Source: an uncultured SAR86 cluster bacterium (GTDB lineage: Bacteria; Pseudomonadota; Gammaproteobacteria; Magnimaribacterales; AG-339-G14). Taken from it: a DNA stretch of 64,000 nt. The DNA lies in assembly GCA_902514645.1 (NCBI GenBank), contig CABXRO010000001.1:23301-87300 (forward strand). Direction: 5' to 3'. Under the pieces are notes generated by a model. The model was not told the DNA's origin. It made no database searches and saw only the letters and a program-made list of their open reading frames with translations. This document shows positions 48,057-55,735 of this stretch, piece by piece (the first letter of the stretch is position 1; each line of letters starts with the position of its first letter). The translations under genes and the position numbers were made by a program.

Positions 48057-49162
48057 TTTAGTTCCCTCATTTCATAAACTGCTTTTTCTGAAATTTTATG
48101 ATATTCAGAAACATTCTTTTTGAAATTTTCTTGAGATTCAAATATCTTTTTCGATAACGGATCTTCAGCAATTAACTCTTCCAAAAGCTCAAAAGTAATA
48201 TCTTTGAATTTTTTCAAAACATCGTCAGGGAGTCTTTTTAGTATCACTCCATGAGTATTTACCAATGTTTCCAATGCCTGGTTATTCCTTGCAGTATATT
48301 CATCCAACATATCTTGATTAACTGCCCTACTTGCAGTTCTTACTATTTCTTGAAGATCAATCGGCAAAGATTCAAAAGCTTCTTTATTAATAATTACTTC
48401 TAAAGTTGGACCAGGTTCATGCCATCCTGGATAGTAATAATATTTTGCTGCTTGGTGTAATCCAAAAGTCTGATCGTTATATGGCCCAATCCATTCGGCA
48501 GCATCTATAACTCCTGTTTGGAGGTTAGTGAAGATTTCGCTTCCAGGCATTAATACTGCTTCCCCACCTGCCTCTGTCCAGACTTTTCCAGCCAATCCAG
48601 GAATTCTCATTCTTGTTCCCTTAATATCCTTAAGAGAATTTATTTCTTTGTTGAACCAACCTGCCATTTGAACACCGGTATTACCGCCCGCCATAGGAAT
48701 CAAATTGAATTTATCATAGGCTTCTTCCCAAAGTTCTAATCCACCACCATAATGAAGCCAAGCATTCATCTCTTGAGCGTTTAGGCCAAAAGGCAGAGCA
48801 GTAAAAAATTGTGAAGAAGGAGCTTTTCCAATCCAGTAATAGGATGCTCCATGTCCCATCTCAACTGTACCCCGAGAAACCGCATCAAAAACTTCTAAAG
48901 CAGGAACAAGCTCTCCGCTACCATAAACTTTTATTTGCAATCTACCTGATGACATTTTGTTAACTAATTTTGAAAGATTTTCAGCTCCCAAACCTACCCC
49001 AGGATAATTTTTTGGCCAGGTTGTTACCATTCGCCAAGTGAATGTCTTTTCGGATTCTTTAAATGCAGTATTTACTTCTTCTTTCTCACATGCGATAAAG
49101 AAAGTTAATGCAAAAATTAAAACTAAACTTTTTTTAAATTTGCGAAACTTAAAACCAGCCAT
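48053..49162 (-). CDS. TRAP transporter substrate-binding protein (DctP-type, lipoprotein-like signal)
   Basis: The signal ends ...FFIACEKE. FTWRMVTTWPKNYPG, YYWIGK and GWFNKEI resemble the COG4663-type TRAP solute receptor. AAGGA Shine-Dalgarno before the ATG at 49162. Confidence 0.85.
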   Translation of the reverse strand: MAGFKFRKFKKSLVLIFALTFFIACEKEEVNTAFKESEKTFTWRMVTTWPKNYPGVGLGAENLSKLVNKMSSGRLQIKVYGSGELVPALEVFDAVSRGTVEMGHGASYYWIGKAPSSQFFTALPFGLNAQEMNAWLHYGGGLELWEEAYDKFNLIPMAGGNTGVQMAGWFNKEINSLKDIKGTRMRIPGLAGKVWTEAGGEAVLMPGSEIFTNLQTGVIDAAEWIGPYNDQTFGLHQAAKYYYYPGWHEPGPTLEVIINKEAFESLPIDLQEIVRTASRAVNQDMLDEYTARNNQALETLVNTHGVILKRLPDDVLKKFKDITFELLEELIAEDPLSKKIFESQENFKKNVSEYHKISEKAVYEMRELN

Positions 49163-51288
49163 TTTATTCCTTCTTTTGTGAAATTAACTTCAACTCTAGC
49201 ATTGGCACCCTCTCCTTCATAGTTAAGAATAGTTCCTTCGCCAAATACATCATGAATTACCAGATCGCCTAGAGAAAACTCTACGCCTTTAAACTCAGAA
49301 CCGCCAACAATTTTGGGAACAAACCCTTTTGCACTAGATGTTTCCGATGACATTCGGATCTCATACTTCAACTCATCAGGAATTTCTTTTAAAAATCTTG
49401 ATATCGGGCTAAAACTCTCCATGCCATACATATTTCTTACTTCAGCATATGTTAAATAAAGTCTTTCCATAGCCCTCGTAATTCCGACGTAGCAAAGCCT
49501 ACGTTCTTCTGCTAGCTGCCTTGGATCTTCTATAGATCTTTTGTGAGGGAATAAACCCTCTTCACATCCAGCCATAAAGACCAGTGGGAATTCTAAACCC
49601 TTCGCTGAATGTAAGGTCATCATCTGTATAGCATCTTCATCAACATCTGCTTGGTTTTCGCCTGCATCTAAAGAAGCTTGATCAAGAAATATCTCCAATT
49701 CATTTCTTTGATCGTCAGCATCTTCGACTATAGGATTGAAACTAGAAGCAGCAGAGACTAGCTCCTCTAAATTCTCTTTTCTTGATCTGCCTTTTTCTCC
49801 TGGCTCTTTAGCATGAAAATCTTTCAAACCAGTCGTATTAATTATACTGTCAAAAATTTCTCCAAGACCTTTTTTTTCAGTATCAATTTTTAGTTGAGAA
49901 ACTATTTCAATAAAATTGGATAAAGCTTTAGAAGATTTCTTTGAATTGTCTTTAGAGATAGATTCTGCTGCTCTCCATAGAGATAAATTTTCAGCTCTGG
50001 CGTAGTCACGCACATTATCTAAGGTTTTAGCACCAATGCCTCTTGTAGGTACATTTACTATTCGTTCAAAAGCTGCATCATTATCAAAGTCTACGAGTAA
50101 TTTTGCATAACCCAGAGCATTTTTGATTTCCATTCTTTCATAAAATCTCACACCGCCGTATATCCTATAAGGCAACTCGGCTCTTAAAATACTATCTTCC
50201 AAAACACGAGATTGGGCATTTGACCTGTACAAAATTGCTACATCATTAAGTGACCTTCCCTCATCGATCCAGTTTTTTACAATATCAACAATAAAACTAG
50301 CTTCATCTCTTTCGTTGAATGCTCGGTAAATTTTTAAAGGCTCACCTTCTTTATTTTCGGACCAGAGTTTTTTCCCTAATCTTTCAGGATTATTTGAAAT
50401 AACTGCATTAGCAGAAGAAAGAATATTTTTTGTGGATCTATAGTTTTGCTCAAGCTTAATGGTTTTCACTTTCTTAAAGTCTTTTTGAAATCTTTTGATG
50501 TTTGCGCTTTTTGCGCCTCTCCAACTATAAATTGATTGATCATCATCCCCCACAACTGTCATGAAACTTTTTTTGCCTAAAAGTTTTTTTAATAAAAGAT
50601 ATTGAATTTCGTTAGTATCCTGAAATTCATCGACCAAAATGTGTTCAAACCTATTCTGATAGTGCTCTAAAATTAATTTATTATTAGAAAGCAATTCAAA
50701 AGATCGCAAGAGGATTTCTGCGAAATCAACAAGTCCTTCTAGGTCACAGACTTTTTGGTACTCAGTCATGATATCAGCCATTTTTTCTTCAACAAAAGAA
50801 GCGTTTGATTTTATTTTTGCCTTTCGTCTGCCTTCCTCTTTCTGGTTGTTAATAAACCATTGTGCTTGAGAGGGCTGCCAGGTCGTGTCATCTAATTCTA
50901 AAGATTTTATAACTCTCTTTATGACCCTATTCTGATCTTCTGAATCTAAAATAGAAAAGCTCTTTGGTAACCCAGCTTCTTCCCAATGTCTTCTTAACAT
51001 TCTATGAAATAAAGAATGAAAAGTTCCGCACCACATCTGATTTAGTTGTTCGCCAAGAATGTTTTCTATTCTCCCTCTCATTTCTTTTGCTGCTTTGTTT
51101 GTGAATGTAACTGTTAATAAAGACATAGGATTTAGGTTATGAACTTTACACAACCAAGCCACCTTATGAGTTATAACCCTAGTTTTGCCAGAGCCAGCTC
51201 CTGCAAGAATCAAGGAGAATTGAGATTTGTCTGATACGGCTTCTCTCTGAGGAGAATTAAGATCGTCCAATATATAAGATACATCCAT
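49123..51288 (-). CDS. uvrD: DNA helicase II
   Basis: Near-colinear with E. coli UvrD as I remember it: MDVSYILDDLN..QREAV, AGAGSGKTRV, VDEFQDTN, LEQNYRST, MTLHSAKGLEF, YVGITRA, C-terminal GIKWLV. Confidence 0.95.
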   Translation of the reverse strand: MDVSYILDDLNSPQREAVSDKSQFSLILAGAGSGKTRVITHKVAWLCKVHNLNPMSLLTVTFTNKAAKEMRGRIENILGEQLNQMWCGTFHSLFHRMLRRHWEEAGLPKSFSILDSEDQNRVIKRVIKSLELDDTTWQPSQAQWFINNQKEEGRRKAKIKSNASFVEEKMADIMTEYQKVCDLEGLVDFAEILLRSFELLSNNKLILEHYQNRFEHILVDEFQDTNEIQYLLLKKLLGKKSFMTVVGDDDQSIYSWRGAKSANIKRFQKDFKKVKTIKLEQNYRSTKNILSSANAVISNNPERLGKKLWSENKEGEPLKIYRAFNERDEASFIVDIVKNWIDEGRSLNDVAILYRSNAQSRVLEDSILRAELPYRIYGGVRFYERMEIKNALGYAKLLVDFDNDAAFERIVNVPTRGIGAKTLDNVRDYARAENLSLWRAAESISKDNSKKSSKALSNFIEIVSQLKIDTEKKGLGEIFDSIINTTGLKDFHAKEPGEKGRSRKENLEELVSAASSFNPIVEDADDQRNELEIFLDQASLDAGENQADVDEDAIQMMTLHSAKGLEFPLVFMAGCEEGLFPHKRSIEDPRQLAEERRLCYVGITRAMERLYLTYAEVRNMYGMESFSPISRFLKEIPDELKYEIRMSSETSSAKGFVPKIVGGSEFKGVEFSLGDLVIHDVFGEGTILNYEGEGANARVEVNFTKEGIKWLVLSFANLKKV

Positions 51289-51335
51289 ATATTTTTATTT
51301 TAAGCTAAAGTAGATTCCTTATATTAATAACATTT

Positions 51336-51920
51336 ATGGAAGATTTTGAAAATTCTTTAGAAACAATGCTTGAAAAAGCTTTTTTGACTATTTCTTATGG
51401 TGTAGATGATTCTAAAAGTTATTTTCACACCCCAACTATATGTACTTTTGAAGGGCAAGAAATATCAGCAAGAACTGTTGTGCTTAGAGATTTTAATGAA
51501 CAAGAAAGAGTTTTAAGATTTCATACCGATCAGAGGTCGCCAAAAATTTCTCAAATAAGAGAAAATAATAGTGCTACGGTTCATGCTTATGATCAAGAAG
51601 AAAAAATTCAGATTAGATTAAAAGGAAGTATTGAAATTCATCATCAAGATTCTGTAACTGAAAAGGCATGGGAAAATACCAGAGAGATGTCCAAAGAATG
51701 TTACTCGGTAAAAGACTCTCCCAGTAAAAAGATAGATAATCCGGTTAAATTTGATATTGATAAGAACCAAATTGATAGAGAAATGGGTTATGAAAATTTT
51801 GCAGTTAATCTTTTTACTTTTCAATGCCTAGAAATCTTATATTTAAAAAGATCAGGTCATAGAAGAGCAATCTTCAAATGGAATAACAATGATTTAAAAA
51901 AGAATTGGTTAATACCTTAA
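51336..51920 (+). CDS. Pyridoxamine-5'-phosphate-oxidase-related FMN-binding protein
   Basis: 194 aa. ARTVVLRDF...LRFHTDQRSPKISQI...IRLKG pattern of the PNPOx-like split-barrel family. Confidence 0.6.
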   Translation: MEDFENSLETMLEKAFLTISYGVDDSKSYFHTPTICTFEGQEISARTVVLRDFNEQERVLRFHTDQRSPKISQIRENNSATVHAYDQEEKIQIRLKGSIEIHHQDSVTEKAWENTREMSKECYSVKDSPSKKIDNPVKFDIDKNQIDREMGYENFAVNLFTFQCLEILYLKRSGHRRAIFKWNNNDLKKNWLIP

Positions 51921-52243
51921 TTTACGGTATTGGCCAGAACTAAAATAACACCAGTTACGATCAAAAGGATCCCAACAGAAATAAGTAAAGATGGAAATTC
52001 TTGATATTTTATTGCGCCCAATATTGCTATTAAAATAATCCCTACTCCCGACCAAATTGCATATGCAACTGAAACCGATATATGTTGGAAAGTTAAAGAT
52101 AAAAAATAGAAGCTTGCAGCATAACTAAAGACGACAATAAGGTTTGGTGTCATTTTTGTGAAGCCTTCTGTATCTCTTAAAAAAAGAGTACCAACAACTT
52201 CTAAAACGATTGCTAAAAAGAGAAAGGTATAGGGCAAAACCAT
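51917..52243 (-). CDS. Small multidrug resistance (SMR) family transporter
   Basis: 108 aa, 4 TM, conserved membrane Glu in AIVLEVVGT, and AYAIWSGVG. Confidence 0.85.
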   Translation of the reverse strand: MVLPYTFLFLAIVLEVVGTLFLRDTEGFTKMTPNLIVVFSYAASFYFLSLTFQHISVSVAYAIWSGVGIILIAILGAIKYQEFPSLLISVGILLIVTGVILVLANTVN

Positions 52244-52334
52244 AGTTCTTTTTTTTAATTGTAATCAATAAATTTAGAATATTCATGAAAAGTTAAGCTA
52301 TTTAATTTTTTGTATTTCAAGTTAAAATTAAACT

Positions 52335-53093
52335 ATGAGTAAACATAAAGCTTTAGACATGTTTGGCAAATCTGGAAATCCAACACTGAGTGATGCTACT
52401 TTTGCGGATTTTGAGGATGTAGATCAAAAAACTATGACTTTACAGGGAACTGTAAACAAGGTTGGTATTCTTTTAGCGCTTGTTGTACTAAGTGCTGCGT
52501 ATACTTGGAACGTTTATTTTGTTACTGGCAGTCCTGGGGCGTTAATGCCAATTGGGCTTTTCGGTGGCATGATTTTTGCTCTTATTACCATCTTCAAAAA
52601 GAACTGGGCGATGTACACCGCTCCCATTTATGCCATATTGGAGGGTCTCTTTCTTGGTGGAATTTCTGCTATTTTTGAAAGTCAGTACCCAGGAATTGTG
52701 ATTCAAGCGACCGGATTAACTTTTGGTACTTTGGCTTCCTTACTCATGCTTTATAAAACAGGAGTGATAAAACCTACTGAGAATTTTAGACTTATGGTGG
52801 TATCAGCTACTATGGGGATTGCCTTACTCTATGTAGTTAGCTTCATTATGAGTATGTTTGGTACTGGAATCGGTTTTATTCATGACAACGGTATTTTTGG
52901 TATTGGATTTAGCCTTTTTGTCGTGGGTATTGCAGCTTTGAATTTAGTTTTAGACTTTGATTTTATAGAGGAAGGATCTGAAAAAAATGCCCCAAAATAT
53001 ATGGAGTGGTTCGGTGCCTTTGCCTTAATGGTGACACTGATTTGGCTGTATTTGGAAATGCTTAGGCTGCTTGCAAAGCTAAGAAGCAGATAA
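52335..53093 (+). CDS. Bax-inhibitor-1-like (BaxI_1/YccA-related) membrane protein
   Basis: 252 aa. N-terminal ...SGNPTLS... followed by 7 TM. The family call is from memory. Confidence 0.55.
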   Translation: MSKHKALDMFGKSGNPTLSDATFADFEDVDQKTMTLQGTVNKVGILLALVVLSAAYTWNVYFVTGSPGALMPIGLFGGMIFALITIFKKNWAMYTAPIYAILEGLFLGGISAIFESQYPGIVIQATGLTFGTLASLLMLYKTGVIKPTENFRLMVVSATMGIALLYVVSFIMSMFGTGIGFIHDNGIFGIGFSLFVVGIAALNLVLDFDFIEEGSEKNAPKYMEWFGAFALMVTLIWLYLEMLRLLAKLRSR

Positions 53094-53094
53094 C

Positions 53095-53304
53095 GTGTCT
53101 CTGACAAATATCTTTTTTTTACTCCTTACAATTGTCTCACTTGCGGTATTCTTTTTTTTTGGTCGCTTTAGAGCATCAGAAAAACAATTAAATAGAACCG
53201 ATCGAATTGATTGGTCCAACAGAAGATATGATTTTCTAAAATACTTTTTGCTTATTCTTTTTTTGGCGATAGGTATAGCTTTTTTGATCAGAACTTTCGC
53301 CTAG
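53095..53304 (+). CDS. Small two-TM membrane protein, hypothetical
   Basis: 69 aa. GTG start 1 nt after the preceding stop. No recognisable family. Confidence 0.35.
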   Translation: MSLTNIFFLLLTIVSLAVFFFFGRFRASEKQLNRTDRIDWSNRRYDFLKYFLLILFLAIGIAFLIRTFA

Positions 53305-53314
53305 AATAATTTTA

Positions 53315-54883
53315 ATGATAGATACTGAAATTTTAATTATTGGTGGTGGTGCTGCTGGGTTAACTGCAGCAATTGAACTAAGTCAGAAACACTTGGTATC
53401 TGTAATCTCAAAAGAAACTATTGTTGATAGCTCAACTTGGTATGCACAAGGAGGAATAGCTGCCGTAATGGGAGAGAAAGATACCGTCGAGGAACATATC
53501 GCAGATACCTTGGAAGTTGGAGATGGAATTTGTGATAAGAATGCCGTTACCCACTGTGTAAAAAATAGTAAAGCGGCTATCGATTGGCTTATTGAGATGG
53601 GAGTAAATTTTACAATGACTAAAGGTGGAGAAAAATTGCACCTTACTCAAGAAGGTGGACATTCAAAAAGAAGAGTTGCACATTCTAAAGATACCACCGG
53701 CAAAGAGGTATCAAACTCTTTAATAGCTAGAGCTAGAAAAATAAAAAATATAACAATTTTTGAAAATCATTTAGCGGTTGATTTGATAACAAGCAATCGG
53801 TCATGTTTGGGAGCTTACGTATTCGATAAGAAAAAAGAAGAAGTCATAACATTTAAGTCAAATGCAACAATACTGGCTTCAGGAGGAGCAAGTAAGGTGT
53901 ATTTATATACCAGCAATCCAGATGGAACGAGTGGCGATGGTATGGCACTAGCTTGGCGAGCAGGATGTGAATTATCTAATATGGAATTTAACCAGTTTCA
54001 CCCAACTTGCCTTTATCATCCAGAAGCAAAATCTTTTTTAATTAGTGAAGCTTTGAGAGGTGAAGGAGCTTTTTTACTAAATCATGAAAACGAAAGATTC
54101 ATGAAAAAATATCATAATAAAAATGAGTTAGCTCCAAGAGATGTGGTAGCGAGATCTGTAGATGAAGAAATGAAAAAAACTGGCAAAGACTTTATGTTTC
54201 TAGATATAAGTCATAAACCAAAAAATATGATTTTAAAATCCTTCCCTGCAATTCGTGAAAGATGTTTGAGCTATGGATTTGACATTACTAAAGACAAAAT
54301 ACCTATTGTTCCTGCAGCTCACTATTCATGTGGAGGTGTTAAAACAGGCTTGTCAGGAGAAACAAGTATTAAGCAACTCTATGCTATCGGAGAGACAGCA
54401 TGTACAGGGCTTCACGGCGCTAACAGGATGGCGAGTAATTCTCTTTTGGAATGTATAGTTTTTGCAAAGTCTTCAGCTTTACACATTGAAAAGAACTTCA
54501 ATGTAAATAAAAAAAAGCTCAAGAATTGGGACTCATCTAAAGTCATTAGGTCTGGAGAGAATGTTTTGATCTCTCATAATTGGGACGAAACTCGAAGACT
54601 AATGTGGGACTATGTTGGCGTAGTTAGATCAAACGATCGGCTATCAAAGGCAAAAGAAAAAATTAAAATAATTCAAAATGAAGTGGAGAGTTTTTACAAA
54701 AACTTTGAGTTAACTTCAGATTTTATTGAGTTGAGAAATTTGGTTCTAGTTGCAAGGTTGATTATAGAAAGTGCCATCCTAAGAAAAGAAAGCAGAGGTC
54801 TTCATTACAACATTGATTTCCCTGATAAAATAAAAAAAGGATCTTCTTCAGTAATTTCTAAGAAAAAACTTAGAGTTGCTTAA
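53315..54883 (+). CDS. nadB: L-aspartate oxidase
   Basis: FAD motif ILIIGGGAAGLTAA, WYAQGGIAA, FHPT, YAIGETACTGLHGANRMASNSLLE. Confidence 0.95.
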   Translation: MIDTEILIIGGGAAGLTAAIELSQKHLVSVISKETIVDSSTWYAQGGIAAVMGEKDTVEEHIADTLEVGDGICDKNAVTHCVKNSKAAIDWLIEMGVNFTMTKGGEKLHLTQEGGHSKRRVAHSKDTTGKEVSNSLIARARKIKNITIFENHLAVDLITSNRSCLGAYVFDKKKEEVITFKSNATILASGGASKVYLYTSNPDGTSGDGMALAWRAGCELSNMEFNQFHPTCLYHPEAKSFLISEALRGEGAFLLNHENERFMKKYHNKNELAPRDVVARSVDEEMKKTGKDFMFLDISHKPKNMILKSFPAIRERCLSYGFDITKDKIPIVPAAHYSCGGVKTGLSGETSIKQLYAIGETACTGLHGANRMASNSLLECIVFAKSSALHIEKNFNVNKKKLKNWDSSKVIRSGENVLISHNWDETRRLMWDYVGVVRSNDRLSKAKEKIKIIQNEVESFYKNFELTSDFIELRNLVLVARLIIESAILRKESRGLHYNIDFPDKIKKGSSSVISKKKLRVA

Positions 54884-55268
54884 TCAAATCTCTCATGGAG
54901 AGAACTCCAACAAGTTTTTCCTGATCCATCACTGCAAGATGTCGAATTTGGTTTTCCATCATCAAGTCAAGAGCATCCATTTTGTTACACTGAGGAGTAA
55001 CGCTAATGATATTTTTAGACATTATTTCATTGACCTCATCTTTTAAGGAATCCTTACCTTTGCGAGCGACTAGTTCAATGATGTCTCGCTCAGTAACAAT
55101 GCCTTCAAGATCTTGCGGATCGTTTGAATCTGAGCAATAAACCAGGAGAGCTCCTATTCTATTTTTATCCATTATTTTACAGGCTTTTTCAATAGAGGAA
55201 TTTCTGGCAACTGAAAAAATATCCCAATATCTTTGATTAAGAAGAAGCGATTCTATACTTTCAGGCAT
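54870..55268 (-). CDS. CBS-pair domain protein
   Basis: 132 aa. Two CBS motifs (IGALLVY...GIVTERDI; HLAVMDQEKLVGVLSMRDL). Confidence 0.8.
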   Translation of the reverse strand: MPESIESLLLNQRYWDIFSVARNSSIEKACKIMDKNRIGALLVYCSDSNDPQDLEGIVTERDIIELVARKGKDSLKDEVNEIMSKNIISVTPQCNKMDALDLMMENQIRHLAVMDQEKLVGVLSMRDLIKQL

Positions 55269-55329
55269 TTTGAGAGATGATTTATGAAGTTTTTTGTTTA
55301 TAATACTTCAAAATCTAGGAGATTTAAAA

Positions 55330-55713
55330 ATGATATTTACAAAAGGAATTAGATTATTTTCTTTATTTGCAGTTTTGTTGGGTCTTAGCTCCCTAATTCA
55401 TGCTGATAAAGGCTTTATAACAGTCGATGGAAAAAACATTGAAATGGATGTTGAAAGACAATATCAAGCGCCAGCAAGCTACCCAAGAAAGGCCTTAAGA
55501 CTTGCTAAAGAAGGCTATGTAATTGTTGAATTTGATGTAAGTGCTGACGGAGATGTCATAGATCCGTTTGTTCTGGAAGGCGAGCCCGCCGGACTCTTTG
55601 ATAGAGCTGCTATGAAATCTATTAGAAAATGGATTTACCAACCTCCAATCTATGAGGGTGTTCCAGTTCAAGTTAACGATGTTCAAGTCAAATTAACTTT
55701 TAGAGTTCAATAG
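55330..55713 (+). CDS. Secreted TonB C-terminal-domain-only protein
   Basis: A signal peptide (LFAVLLGLSSLIHA) is followed directly by TonB_C (YPRKALRLAKEGYVIVEFDV...FDRAAMKSIRKWIYQP), paralogous to the C-terminus of TonB at 29032-29775. There is no TM anchor or Pro-rich spacer. ATG at 55330 follows GGAG. Confidence 0.7.
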   Translation: MIFTKGIRLFSLFAVLLGLSSLIHADKGFITVDGKNIEMDVERQYQAPASYPRKALRLAKEGYVIVEFDVSADGDVIDPFVLEGEPAGLFDRAAMKSIRKWIYQPPIYEGVPVQVNDVQVKLTFRVQ

Positions 55714-55735
55714 CACTTTTAACTCTTACGCATAA

